The notes: generated by a model not told the origin, from the letters alone. Positions 1 through 9,328 are shown, counted from the first letter of the stretch. The stretch is 64,000 nucleotides of DNA from an uncultured Spirochaetota bacterium (GCA_963781885.1 CAWAHW010000002.1:288001-352000); one strand, 5' to 3'. Made by a program: numbers and translations.

Positions 1-1
1 G

Positions 2-454
2 AAGCGCGGTCTTGCGAATATCGCGATCGTGCATGCCGCCGCGGAGCGATTCATCCCCGACCTTCCCGCCGGCTCCGCGCGCGCCTTCCATATCTATTTC
101 CCCGACCCCTGGCCGAAGAGCCGGCACCGCAAGCGGCGCTTCTTCACGATGGAGACACTCTCCCTCATGCACGGCAAGCTGTGCGACGGGGGCGAGCTGC
201 ACTTCGGCACCGATTTCTTCGATTACTACCTGCAGGCGAAGGTGCTCGTGGCGCTCCACGGAGGCTTCCGCCTGGCAGACACCCAGGCGCCGCAGGACCT
301 CCTCACGTCCCTCTATGGACAGAAGTTCACCGGCAGGGAGAAGCCCATCCACCTTTTCTCCGCGGTGCGGGTCCCCTCAGCGGATCAGCCGGGACAGGAG
401 AAGGAAGACGAGCGGAAGATTGACCGCGATGTTTACGCCAATGAAGGCTCCTGA
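2..454 (+). CDS. trmB: tRNA (guanine-N7)-methyltransferase, 5'-truncated by window edge
   Basis: HIYFPDPWPKSRHRKRR and GGELHFGTD motifs; frame open from position 2. Confidence 0.9.
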   Translation, partial: KRGLANIAIVHAAAERFIPDLPAGSARAFHIYFPDPWPKSRHRKRRFFTMETLSLMHGKLCDGGELHFGTDFFDYYLQAKVLVALHGGFRLADTQAPQDLLTSLYGQKFTGREKPIHLFSAVRVPSADQPGQEKEDERKIDRDVYANEGS

Positions 455-1609
455 GACGAGCTCGTAGAGTCTCGCCGCCTGGTCGCTCGCGCGGGAGATC
501 GCCTCAGGGTCGCCGGGAACGATCAGCGTGTCCGCCATGGGGTCTTCCGGTCGGCGCAGCAGAAGCTCGTTGCCCTCCACCGCGTAGCCGGCAAATACCA
601 CCGCCTGACCCGACGCGCCACCGATGCGATTCCTCCACCAGCGCGGCAGCGTGATGTGCATCGCGTGCGTCTCCGTCGGGAGCCTGAGACGCGCTCCCCC
701 ACCGGTGGCGAGCGTGCCCTCTGCCGCGTCCCACGTTCCCCGAATCATGAGGTACGGCTCCATGTCCGGCAGGAGCGTCCCACGCTCCGCCCGTTCCCGC
801 TGCGCGGGAAAGTAGCGCAGGGGCAGACGGATGATGTCCCGCTGCACGCGGAGATTCCGCGCCTTTTTCCAGTATGCGCGATAGGCGAAATACAGCGGGA
901 ATCCCGGCGGGAGGAACGGCGAGGCGGGAGCGAATGCGGCGGTGAGCGCCAGGACGGCAAGAAGCCGGTCGGGAAGCGCGAAAAGGGAAAAGGCGAAAAG
1001 CAGGAGCGAAAGGGAGCCCACAGCGACGGAGGGCAGGGTGAAGGTGTTGATGATCTCATTGCGCTGTCTTCCGCCGCTGATGGCGCGCCGCACGACGCTC
1101 TCTCGCGGGCAGTCGTGGATGACGACGAGGAGCCGGGATTTTCCCGCGTCGCGGAATACCCCGCGACCTTCCTCCGCGAAGAGCCTGCCCCCGACGAAGA
1201 CGGGCGTGCCTTCCGGCAGGGAGAATATCCTGCTCCAGGGCACGCTCCCGAGCGCGGCGCCTGCGCGGCCCGGGGTCGTTTCGGAATCGGCGTCGCTTCC
1301 CTCCGCCTCGGGGATGAGGGACACATGCACGTTGCGCAGGTCGGCCGCCACGGAGAAACGGCCGTTCGTGATCCAGATCCTGTCGTCGCCCTGGATGGCC
1401 TCCAGCGTCCCGAAGAAACGGTAGGAGCCCAGCGGGCCCGCGCGCTCCCGTCCGACGGCCGCGGGTGTCGCCGTCGGGTAGTGGGAGACCTCGTTCACCA
1501 TGCGGCGGAAACGCCTCCAGTGGCCGCGGGCGACGAATGCCCCGACGGCGGGGAGGCTTGCGTAGAAGACGAACGCGAGGGAGAGGATCACGAAGAGCTG
1601 CCACGTCAT
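377..1609 (-). CDS. hypothetical multi-pass membrane protein
   Basis: 410-aa ORF with hydrophobic segments at the N-terminus, middle and C-terminus; 3' end overlaps trmB convergently by 78 bp. Confidence 0.7.
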   Translation of the reverse strand: MTWQLFVILSLAFVFYASLPAVGAFVARGHWRRFRRMVNEVSHYPTATPAAVGRERAGPLGSYRFFGTLEAIQGDDRIWITNGRFSVAADLRNVHVSLIPEAEGSDADSETTPGRAGAALGSVPWSRIFSLPEGTPVFVGGRLFAEEGRGVFRDAGKSRLLVVIHDCPRESVVRRAISGGRQRNEIINTFTLPSVAVGSLSLLLFAFSLFALPDRLLAVLALTAAFAPASPFLPPGFPLYFAYRAYWKKARNLRVQRDIIRLPLRYFPAQRERAERGTLLPDMEPYLMIRGTWDAAEGTLATGGGARLRLPTETHAMHITLPRWWRNRIGGASGQAVVFAGYAVEGNELLLRRPEDPMADTLIVPGDPEAISRASDQAARLYELVSGAFIGVNIAVNLPLVFLLLSRLIR

Positions 1610-1656
1610 ATCGCGTATTGAATAAGGCCGTGCAATCCTTTACTCTCAATCATATC

Positions 1657-2790
1657 ATGGTGGAAAGAGTTATCGTAGGGCCGTGGAAGACAAATTGTTA
1701 TATCTATTCCAGCACCAAGAAGGAATGCATCATCATCGATCCGGGCGGAAGCGAGGCTGAAATCGCCTCCCGCGTGGACGTGCTCAACATGGTGCCCATC
1801 GGCATCGCCCTCACGCACGGGCACGTCGACCATGTCGCGGCGCTGGGGAAGCTCCGCGACAGCTACGGCGCGCGCGGTTATCGGCTTCCCGTCGCCATTT
1901 GTCCCGCCGACAGGCGTTTCCTGGGCACCGGCGGCCGCGAGAATCACCGTGAAAGCCTCGAGGTGCTCGGCCTGGACGAGCAGAGCTTCTTCGGCATCGG
2001 CCCCGACGAGCTGCCGAAGGCGGACGTGCGCCTCAAGGAAGGCGACCGTGTCTTCGACATGGACCTCGTCGTGCTGGAGACGCCCGGGCATACGCCGGGG
2101 AGCGTCTGCTTCTACGCGGAGAAGGAAGGGATCCTGTTCTCCGGCGATACGCTGTTCTTCGATGGCGTCGGCCGCTCCGACCTGCCGGGGGGAAGCGACA
2201 AGAAGCTGAGGGAAAGCATCCTCAAAAAGATCGCCGTGCTGCCGCCGGAAACCCGTGTGTTCCCCGGTCACGGCCCGTTTACCACAGTGGAGCGGGAAAA
2301 GCGCGGCAACGCCTGGTTCCGCGAGGCGCTCGTGCCCCCGCGGCCGCCCGTCGCCACGGTGGGCCGTCCGGTCGTCCCGCAGATGCCCACCGTTGCCGCA
2401 GCCGACCTTCGCGCTCCGGCGGCACCGGCACCGCGGTCTCCGGTGGCGGCGCCGACGGTCGCCGCCTCCCGGAAAAGGGCACGGCCGAAGGTGCGCCCCG
2501 CGAAGCCGCGGAAAAGCGGCGCAGCGAAAAAGCCTGCGAATGCCGCATCGCGCAGCCCGCGCACGACCGCCCGCGTGAAGCGTCCTGCCGCCCACGTGAA
2601 GAGGGCGACGCGGCGTCCACCGGCGGTAAAAAGGCCGGTGGTGCGGAAAGCTGTCCGGGGAAAATCGTCCGTGAAGAAAGTCGCGGCCCGTGCTGCCACG
2701 CGGCGCGGCGCAAAATCGCCTGCGAAGAAAAAATCTCAGGCAACGAGATCGACGAAAGCTCCCGGCGGGGGAAGGAAAGCGGCGCGGTAG
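1657..2790 (+). CDS. MBL-fold metallo-hydrolase (glyoxalase II-like) with Lys/Arg/Ala/Pro-rich C-terminal tail
   Basis: THGHVDH, TPGHTPGS, FSGDTLF, FPGHG motifs; ATG 1657; basic low-complexity tail after the domain. Confidence 0.9.
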   Translation: MVERVIVGPWKTNCYIYSSTKKECIIIDPGGSEAEIASRVDVLNMVPIGIALTHGHVDHVAALGKLRDSYGARGYRLPVAICPADRRFLGTGGRENHRESLEVLGLDEQSFFGIGPDELPKADVRLKEGDRVFDMDLVVLETPGHTPGSVCFYAEKEGILFSGDTLFFDGVGRSDLPGGSDKKLRESILKKIAVLPPETRVFPGHGPFTTVEREKRGNAWFREALVPPRPPVATVGRPVVPQMPTVAAADLRAPAAPAPRSPVAAPTVAASRKRARPKVRPAKPRKSGAAKKPANAASRSPRTTARVKRPAAHVKRATRRPPAVKRPVVRKAVRGKSSVKKVAARAATRRGAKSPAKKKSQATRSTKAPGGGRKAAR

Positions 2791-3170
2791 CCCGCGGTCG
2801 GCCCGCCGGCGGACCGCAGCTCATTCGACAGTCCCGTGATCGTCGCATCGATGGAAGAAGGCGCGGGGTGCCCTGCCCCGGCCCGTGTCGCTCCCGTGGC
2901 GCGCGACATCTGGTCAATGAGGGTGTCGAGTATCTGAAGCTTGTACAGGGGAACGCCGTCCTGCAGCCGGGAGTCGGGCTGGACCTGGATGTGCGCGAAT
3001 TGCGCGTAGATCATCTGGGCGCGGCGCACGGGCACGATGATGCCGGGCGCGTCCGCCTGCGCGTAGCGCACGGCCGTGAGCGCCACCAATCCCACCTGAC
3101 CGCTGTTCGATACTCCCTGGATCACGCCGGTGCTCCCAATGAGAGTATCGGTGCGCCCGGGAGGGGTCAT
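2736..3170 (-). CDS. hypothetical protein
   Basis: ATG 3170 just downstream of the dksA-like gene; natural-looking protein (YAQFAHIQV..GVPLYKLQILDTLIDQM); start uncertain. Confidence 0.6.
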   Translation of the reverse strand: MTPPGRTDTLIGSTGVIQGVSNSGQVGLVALTAVRYAQADAPGIIVPVRRAQMIYAQFAHIQVQPDSRLQDGVPLYKLQILDTLIDQMSRATGATRAGAGHPAPSSIDATITGLSNELRSAGGPTAGYRAAFLPPPGAFVDLVA

Positions 3171-3193
3171 GAGATGCCGTGGCGGTCTGCCGA

Positions 3194-3553
3194 TTACCTG
3201 TTGCGGCGCTCTTCGGAGGATTTGCAGTCGATGCAGAGAAGGGCGTAGGGGATGGCTTCCAGCCTTTCGCGCGGAATCTTCTTCGAGCAGCGCGCGCACA
3301 GGCCGTACTTCTTGTTCTCGATGCGGGCGAGCGCCGATTCGATGAGCTGGAGACGCCGAAGCTCCTGGGTGCCCAACGCTTCCAGAGTCTTGCGGTCGAT
3401 GTCGTCAGCGGCGATGTCGGCGAGATCCTTGGGATCCATGTCTTCGATGATGGTGCGGAAATCCTCGCTCTCCGAGGCAAGATTCTTGAGGATCTCCTTT
3501 TTCAGCTCGACGAGCGAGCCTTTCATTTTTTTGAGAAATGCATCTTCCATCAC
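3194..3553 (-). CDS. dksA: DksA/TraR family C4 zinc-finger protein
   Basis: Coiled-coil tip DLADIA; YGLCARC..IPRERLEAIPYALLCIDC. Confidence 0.85.
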   Translation of the reverse strand: MMEDAFLKKMKGSLVELKKEILKNLASESEDFRTIIEDMDPKDLADIAADDIDRKTLEALGTQELRRLQLIESALARIENKKYGLCARCSKKIPRERLEAIPYALLCIDCKSSEERRNR

Positions 3554-3759
3554 CGTTTCCTTTTAGGAAGGCAATCAATGCACAAAGCCGGCTGCTTGTC
3601 AATCCCAACCGTTTTTTCGCGCGCGCAGGCACCGGGCGTCGTCGGCGACATGTGTGGAAGGCGTTGCGTGCCCGCCGACGTGCGCAATGAACGGCGCGCG
3701 CGCCCTCTCCGATTGACACCCATCCGCAAAGCAACTAAACTTCCCTGAAAAAGGAGGGC

Positions 3760-3981
3760 TTGTTGGCAAAAGAAGAGGCCATCGAAGTCGATGGGAAGGT
3801 CAAGGAATCGCTTCCCAACACCATGTTCAGGGTCGAATTGGAGAACGGACACGTGATACTGGCCCATCTCTCGGGGAAGATGCGCAAGCACTACATCCGC
3901 ATCGTTCCCGGTGACAGGGTGAAAGTCGCTCTCTCGCCATACGATCTGACGCGCGGACGCATCATCTACCGCGAAAAATAG
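3760..3981 (+). CDS. infA: translation initiation factor IF-1
   Basis: [45 protein letters not shown]; AAGGAGG SD, TTG start, upstream TTGACA-17-TAAACT. Confidence 0.98.
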   Translation: MLAKEEAIEVDGKVKESLPNTMFRVELENGHVILAHLSGKMRKHYIRIVPGDRVKVALSPYDLTRGRIIYREK

Positions 3982-3984
3982 CAC

Positions 3985-5265
3985 TCAGGACCTGTAGTCA
4001 GCGTTCTCTCTCACGTAATCATAGGAGAGGTCCGAGCCCAGCACCTCCACGGTATCGGATGAGCCGTCGAGCGTGACCTCGATGTCGACCGTGCGGTCGT
4101 GCTGGGGCCAGGGTATCCTTTTCGTGTCGAATGCGCGGTCGCGGAGATACGCGGAGAGCCTTTCTTCCATCCTGGCATCGAGCCGGAATCTTCCGCCGGC
4201 AAAGATCTCTTCCCCTCCCATCCGGACCGCCACCGTCTCCGCGTGCAGCGGAAGGCCCGCATTGCCCACATAGTCTCCGATGGCGCTCACGATCCTGCCG
4301 ACGTTCGGATCGTTGCCGAAGACCGCCGTCTTCACCAGCGGCGAGTTGACGATCGCGCGCGCGATGCCCAGCGCCGTCCCCGCGTCCCGCGCCCGTCCCA
4401 CCCGCACGCGCATCGCGTGGCCGATGCCTTCGGCGTTGCGCACGATGTCGAAGGCCAGTCCCGCGAGGACCGCCAGGAGCGCCGCGCGGAACTCGCCGGG
4501 GTCGGCGGGTCCCTTTGTGCCCGAGGACAGGATGATGGCGGTGTCGCTCGTGCTCTGATCGCTGTCGACCGAGATTCGATTGAGCGTGCGCTCGACGCAC
4601 CAGGCGAGGTCCTCCCGCAGCCGCTGCCGCTCCACGGCGACGTCCGTGCAGAGGAAGCACAGCAGCGTCGCCATGTTGGGCTCGATCATGCCCGCGCCTT
4701 TCGCCGTGCCGACGATGCTGCCCGTCCCCACGGAAGCCGACCTCACCTTCGGGAATGCATCCGTGGTCATGATGGCGCGGGCCACCGGCAAGAGCGACCT
4801 GCCGCGGCATCCCGTGACGAGATCCGGGAGCGCCGCCTCCATCTCCGCCACGGGCAGCCCCCATCCGATGATGCCCGTGGAGGCCGCGAAGAAGTCCTCT
4901 CCCGTCGCGCCCAGGAGCCCGCCAAGGGTTGAAAGCAGGCGCGCGGCATCCCGCTCGCCGTCCGGCGCGCAGACATTCGAGATCCTGTTGTTCACCAGCA
5001 CGCCCCGCATGGAGGCGCGGCCCAGCCGCTGCCTGCCGATGAGCACCGGAGCGCCGGGAAACTTGTTGCGCGTGAAGACGGCGCCAAAATCGGCTGTCGG
5101 CGAGTCCAGGAGGATGAGGGAAAGATTCATCGGCAGGGGTTCTGCGATGGACCTTTCACGCGGGAAGAAGCTGAGGGACTTCGTCGAACAGCGGAAGCCG
5201 TCGGGAAGGGAGGCGCGGGTCTCCAGATGCCGCAGGTAGTCGTTTTCAGAGCTGAAGGATTCCAC
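3985..5265 (-). CDS. argJ: bifunctional ornithine acetyltransferase/N-acetylglutamate synthase
   Basis: AKGAGMIEPNMATLL, ISVDSDQSTSDT, GNDPNVGRI, YVRENADYRS. Confidence 0.95.
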   Translation of the reverse strand: MESFSSENDYLRHLETRASLPDGFRCSTKSLSFFPRERSIAEPLPMNLSLILLDSPTADFGAVFTRNKFPGAPVLIGRQRLGRASMRGVLVNNRISNVCAPDGERDAARLLSTLGGLLGATGEDFFAASTGIIGWGLPVAEMEAALPDLVTGCRGRSLLPVARAIMTTDAFPKVRSASVGTGSIVGTAKGAGMIEPNMATLLCFLCTDVAVERQRLREDLAWCVERTLNRISVDSDQSTSDTAIILSSGTKGPADPGEFRAALLAVLAGLAFDIVRNAEGIGHAMRVRVGRARDAGTALGIARAIVNSPLVKTAVFGNDPNVGRIVSAIGDYVGNAGLPLHAETVAVRMGGEEIFAGGRFRLDARMEERLSAYLRDRAFDTKRIPWPQHDRTVDIEVTLDGSSDTVEVLGSDLSYDYVRENADYRS

Positions 5266-5323
5266 CCGTCCCTTATATCTGCGCGCGGGGGCCGTTGCAA
5301 GACGGTCCGGGCGGGACGCCGGC

Positions 5324-6379
5324 CTATTTCTTCAGCACCAGGGTGAGAAGCAGCGGCACGTGGTCGGAATAGCCGCGCGGGCCGGCAAGACCGGTCCACT
5401 TTTTCGGGATGCCGTCCGGCGTGAGGAGGAATGAAAGCCTGACGGAAGCGAAGCTTCCCCGCTTGTACGCGAAGCCCTGAACGTCGAAAAGCCCGGGGGA
5501 GAGGAGCATGTGGTCGTAGGTGAGCCAGTCTTTCTGGTAGAAGTAGGAGCCGCGCCGCGCCGCATCCAGCTCGAACCAGGGATCATAGAGCGCGCACATG
5601 TCCCCGGCGATGCCCAGCCGATGAATGTCTCCCGAGATGACGATGCTCTGCGCGTCTGGCGGACTTGCCGTGCTCTCTGCATCCTCCACGAGGGCGGTCG
5701 CGTACTTTTTTCCCACGCGCGCGTCCTCGTCCAGGCTCTCGTTGAAGTCGCCCGCGGCAACGATGTCGGCGCCCGGGTCCTCCGCGAGCAGATCACGGAC
5801 GCGACCCGCGAGCACCGAGGCAGCCTGCCGTCGCGATTGCTCCGTTGCGCGCGCGCCCTCCGTCCGCGCCTTCCAGTGATCGTCCAGGACGTGCAGGATG
5901 TGGCCGTCCTTCCGGATTTCCGCCTCCAGGATGTCGCGGACCGGCGTGGCGTCCTTCCACGGCGGCACGGCCCAGGAGTGGACCGCGACGATCGGGATGC
6001 GGCTCACGATGGCGACGTTTGCGGACAATCCCTTCTTGGGCACGAAAGCGGTCCACGCGTACCCCATGCCGCCGAGCCCCCTGGTCACAAGGGCGTGCAG
6101 CGCGTTCTCATTCTCCACTTCCTGCAGGACGAGCACGTCCGGACCGCCTGCCGCGCTCTTCCGCACGACCTCCGCGATGGAATCAACGCGGATGTTGAAA
6201 AACTCCGTGTTCCACTTTCCCTTTGCAGGATCGAACTCCGGATACTCACCGCCGTCGTGCACGTCGTCGAAGAAGTTCTCCACGTTGTAGCTCATGATCG
6301 TGAGGTCCGCGGCGCCCGATGCGGCGGCGGGGACGAGCAGGGCAAGACAGAGCACCAGGGATGCAGGACAGATTTTCAA
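5324..6379 (-). CDS. secreted endonuclease/exonuclease/phosphatase family protein
   Basis: Signal peptide; SYNVENFFD, LQEVE, AGDFN, YDH, YSDHVP. Confidence 0.9.
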   Translation of the reverse strand: MKICPASLVLCLALLVPAAASGAADLTIMSYNVENFFDDVHDGGEYPEFDPAKGKWNTEFFNIRVDSIAEVVRKSAAGGPDVLVLQEVENENALHALVTRGLGGMGYAWTAFVPKKGLSANVAIVSRIPIVAVHSWAVPPWKDATPVRDILEAEIRKDGHILHVLDDHWKARTEGARATEQSRRQAASVLAGRVRDLLAEDPGADIVAAGDFNESLDEDARVGKKYATALVEDAESTASPPDAQSIVISGDIHRLGIAGDMCALYDPWFELDAARRGSYFYQKDWLTYDHMLLSPGLFDVQGFAYKRGSFASVRLSFLLTPDGIPKKWTGLAGPRGYSDHVPLLLTLVLKK

Positions 6380-6409
6380 TGCCGGGCCTCCTTGCGGCCG
6401 CGAGCTTTT

Positions 6410-7358
6410 TCAGGAAAGGAGCAGCCGTGTGACGAGCGCCGATTCCTCTGCCGCGCCGCGGGCGCGTGGCACAAATGTCTTCCCGGTGATGGTCTCCCAC
6501 GCCGCGAGGTACTTGCCGGCCACCTCCACGCGCAGGTCATCCGGCAGGGCGGGCGGCGTCCCCTCTCCCTGCCAGCCGCGGCTCATGAGCCACCGCCGCA
6601 GGTATTCCTTGTCCAGCTCCCGCTGCGGCTCCCCTTGCGCGAAGAGCGAAGGGAATGTCTCCGCGTACCAGTAGCGGCTGGAATCCGGCGTGTGAAGCTC
6701 GTCCACGAGGGTCAGCCTGCCGTCCAGAATCCCGAATTCGTATTTCGTATCCACGAGGATAAGGCCATTGGCCGCGGCAAGCTCCGTCCCCCTCTGAAAA
6801 AGCGCCAACGCGCGTTCTTCTATCTCCTCCCACACGGCCTTTTCCACCCTCCCGCTTGCGATCAGCTCTTCCCGGGACACGGGACGATCGTGGGAGCCTT
6901 TCTCTTCCTTCGTGGAGGGCGTGAGGAGGGGACGGTCAAAGCGCTGGTTGAAACGCATGCCGGAAGGCAAACGAATGCCGGAGACGGCTGATCCTTTCTG
7001 GTAGTCGCGCCAGGCGGAGCCGGTGAGATATCCCCGCACGACGACTTCCACGGGCAGAACGCGGCATTTCGCCACGCGCACCGTGCGGGGCGACACCTCC
7101 TCCCGCACGTGGTGGGCAATGATGTCCTCCGTGGCGTGGAACCAGAACAGCGAGAGGGTGTTGAGCACCTCTCCTTTGCAGGGAATCGTCGTGAGAACCC
7201 GGTCAAAAGCCGAGATGCGGTCCGTCGTGGTGATGAGCATCTCACTGCCCCTGTCCACGATGTCGCGCACCTTTCCGCGCGTGACGTGAACGCCGGGCAG
7301 GGACGTTTACCTCTTGCAGGCAGGAGCCGAGCAGCGCCGCAAGCTCCGCGGACGTCAC
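6410..7358 (-). CDS. purC: SAICAR synthase (apparent frameshift near 7307)
   Basis: RGKVRDI, TDRISAFD, VVRGYLTGS, LVDTKYEFG, DELHTPDSSRYW; likely GTG start at 7358 overlaps the clpP stop and lies in another frame. Confidence 0.9.
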
Positions 7359-7954
7359 GGCGTCAGTTCGTCCCGGGTCTTGATGACGCGCGCGAGCAGG
7401 CCGTAGGCAACCGCCTCCTCCGCGTTCATCCAGTAGTCGCGGTCCGTGTCCTTTTCCACTTTCTCCAGGGGCTGTCCCGTCTCATCCGCAATCAGCCGGT
7501 TGATCTTCGCCCGCAGCTTCTCGATCTCTTTCGCGTGGATCTCGATCTCCGTGGCAACGCCCCGGGTTCCGCTCATGGGCTGGTGGATGAGGTAGTGCGA
7601 GTTGGGAAGGCCGATGCGCCTCTCCCGGGGGGCGGCAAGGATGATGATTGCCGCCGCGCTCGCGACGAGACCCATGCCGATCATCGTGATCTTCGGCTTC
7701 ACGAAGCGCATCATGTCGAAGATGGCGTATCCCGCGTCCGCGTCGCCGCCGGGAGAGTCGATGTACACCCTGATGGGATCCGCCGACTCCTCCTCCAGAA
7801 GTATGAGCGAACGGATCACCCTTTCGGCGAGCGGCTTGTTGATCTCCCCCGACACGAGAACGGTCCGGGACTTGAGCATCCGGCTGAAGAGCATGCTGTC
7901 GTCAGGCCGCGGTCCACCGCCCTCTGGCTCATTAGGCTTGTCCTGCAGTTTCAT
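7355..7954 (-). CDS. clpP: ATP-dependent Clp protease proteolytic subunit
   Basis: YIDSPGG, GLVASAA (Ser), LIHQP (His), DTDRDYWM (Asp); ATG 7954. Confidence 0.95.
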   Translation of the reverse strand: MKLQDKPNEPEGGGPRPDDSMLFSRMLKSRTVLVSGEINKPLAERVIRSLILLEEESADPIRVYIDSPGGDADAGYAIFDMMRFVKPKITMIGMGLVASAAAIIILAAPRERRIGLPNSHYLIHQPMSGTRGVATEIEIHAKEIEKLRAKINRLIADETGQPLEKVEKDTDRDYWMNAEEAVAYGLLARVIKTRDELTP

Positions 7955-8014
7955 ACTGAGAACAACAATAAGGAAAAACCCCGCGCATGACAATCGCGCC
8001 GCCGCAGCCACTGC

Positions 8015-8096
8015 TGGTGGCATTCGCGGCCACTCCTTCCGCTCCTGGCGGAGTTTGGTGGCATTCGCGGCCACTCCTTCCGCTCCTGGCGGAGTT
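8015..8096. repeat. perfect 2 x 41-bp tandem repeat with internal hairpins
   Basis: TGGTGGCATTCGCGGCCACTCCTTCCGCTCCTGGCGGAGTT at 8015-8055 and 8056-8096. Confidence 0.95.
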
Positions 8097-8117
8097 GGCG
8101 GCACTTGTTGCGAGGAC

Positions 8118-8148
8118 AAAAAAAGGCCGGGACATTTCTGTCCCGGCC
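8118..8148 (-). terminator. rho-independent terminator
   Basis: Minus strand GGCCGGGACA-GAAA-TGTCCCGGCC followed by T7. Confidence 0.9.
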
Positions 8149-8210
8149 ACCCGTCAATCTTCCGTCCTCCAATTGACTGGAGGTTGTGGGGCGGAAGGCT
8201 CCCAGAAGCA
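8118..8210 (-). ncRNA. candidate ~95-nt structured small RNA
   Basis: Lies between a consensus promoter (8217-8244) and a strong terminator; no credible ORF; stems CUUCCG/CGGAAG and CCUCCA/UGGAGG. Confidence 0.6.
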
Positions 8211-8216
8211 GAATCG

Positions 8217-8244
8217 ATTATACATGGTCGCCGGGGGTTGTCAA
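8217..8244 (-). promoter_or_regulatory. consensus sigma70 promoter
   Basis: TTGACA (8244-8239), 16-nt spacer, TATAAT (8222-8217). Confidence 0.8.
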
Positions 8245-8359
8245 TTAAAAAGGCCCGATCGGAGGAAAAGCGGGGAAAAAAAACGCGGCAACAGGTGATC
8301 GCCCGTATAGTGCGGAGAGGCAGTTGCTTTGTGGGGCTAAAACCAACAGAATGGGCGGA

Positions 8360-8432
8360 GTCCCGTCGCTTCCGGCGATACGATCCCCACGGCGGCGGCA
8401 CCGGAAACCGACGAAAGTCGCATCGACGGGAC
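8360..8432 (+). promoter_or_regulatory. structured 5' leader (three-way junction) upstream of mtnP
   Basis: GTCCCGTCG/CGACGGGAC closing stem, TTCCGG/CCGGAA stem, CGAC-GAAA-GTCG hairpin. Confidence 0.5.
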
Positions 8433-8458
8433 AGGTTGGCACGGAAAGGAGTCAAGCG

Positions 8459-9322
8459 ATGACACGGCTTGCCGTGATCGGAGGAAGCGGGTTGTATGCG
8501 ATGGAAGGAATCCGCGTGCTTGAGGAGAGGGACATCCCGACCCCCTGGGGAATGCCCTCCGATCCCGTGACGGTCGCGGAGATCGGCGGAGAACGGGTCG
8601 CCTTTCTCCCGCGGCATGGCCGCGGACACCGCTATCTGCCTTCAGAGGTGCCTTCGCGGGCGAATATCTGGGCCCTCAAGTCGCTCGGCGTGGAGCAGAT
8701 TCTCTCCGTGAGCGCCGTGGGCTCGCTCTCGGAGGGCTATGCCCCGGGAGAGTTCGTGCTGTGCGACGACCTGATCGACAGGACCGTGAAGCGGCCCTCC
8801 ACGTACTTTGGCGACGGCATTGTCGGGCACGTGGGATTCGCCGAGCCCTTCTGCGGGGGCATGCGGGAAGCGCTCGGCCGCGTCCTCGTCTCCCAGGCGC
8901 ATCCCCACCACCAGACTGGCACCTATGTCTGCATGGAAGGCCCCGCCTTCTCCACGCGCGCGGAATCGGACCTCCACCGCTCATGGCGCGCGGCGCTCAT
9001 TGGCATGACCGCCTGTCCCGAAGCGAAGCTCGCCCGGGAGGCGGAGATCTGCTACGCCACGGTGGCAATGATCACCGACTACGACTGCTGGAAGCCCAGC
9101 GAGGAGAGTGTCAGCGTCGAGATGGTCATGGCCACGATGAAGGCCAACACTACGGCGCTGCGTCGGATGCTTCCCGGCATGGTGGACGCCCTCAAAGGAC
9201 GGGCGGACTGCTCCTGCCGCCACGCCGCGGCGCATGCCGTCATGACGGAACCAGCTCTCATTCCGTACGAAACCCGCCGCAGGCTCGCGCTCTTTTACAG
9301 CAAGTACTGGGACAGAGGATAG
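8459..9322 (+). CDS. mtnP: S-methyl-5'-thioadenosine phosphorylase
   Basis: IGGSGLY, LPRHGRGH, MEGPAFSTRAES, IGMT, TDYDCW; AAAGGAG SD. Confidence 0.95.
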   Translation: MTRLAVIGGSGLYAMEGIRVLEERDIPTPWGMPSDPVTVAEIGGERVAFLPRHGRGHRYLPSEVPSRANIWALKSLGVEQILSVSAVGSLSEGYAPGEFVLCDDLIDRTVKRPSTYFGDGIVGHVGFAEPFCGGMREALGRVLVSQAHPHHQTGTYVCMEGPAFSTRAESDLHRSWRAALIGMTACPEAKLAREAEICYATVAMITDYDCWKPSEESVSVEMVMATMKANTTALRRMLPGMVDALKGRADCSCRHAAAHAVMTEPALIPYETRRRLALFYSKYWDRG

Positions 9323-9328
9323 GCCCCG

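Noticed and set aside
3617-3703. GC-rich inverted repeat between the divergent dksA-like and infA promoters as an ncRNA
   Set aside because: It lies upstream of both -35 elements, so it is probably untranscribed, and such pairing is expected at this GC content
8153-8177. H-type pseudoknot in the candidate sRNA (GUCAAU loop with AUUGAC)
   Set aside because: The whole 6-nt loop would pair with no linker across a long helix, which is sterically implausible; treated as an alternative fold
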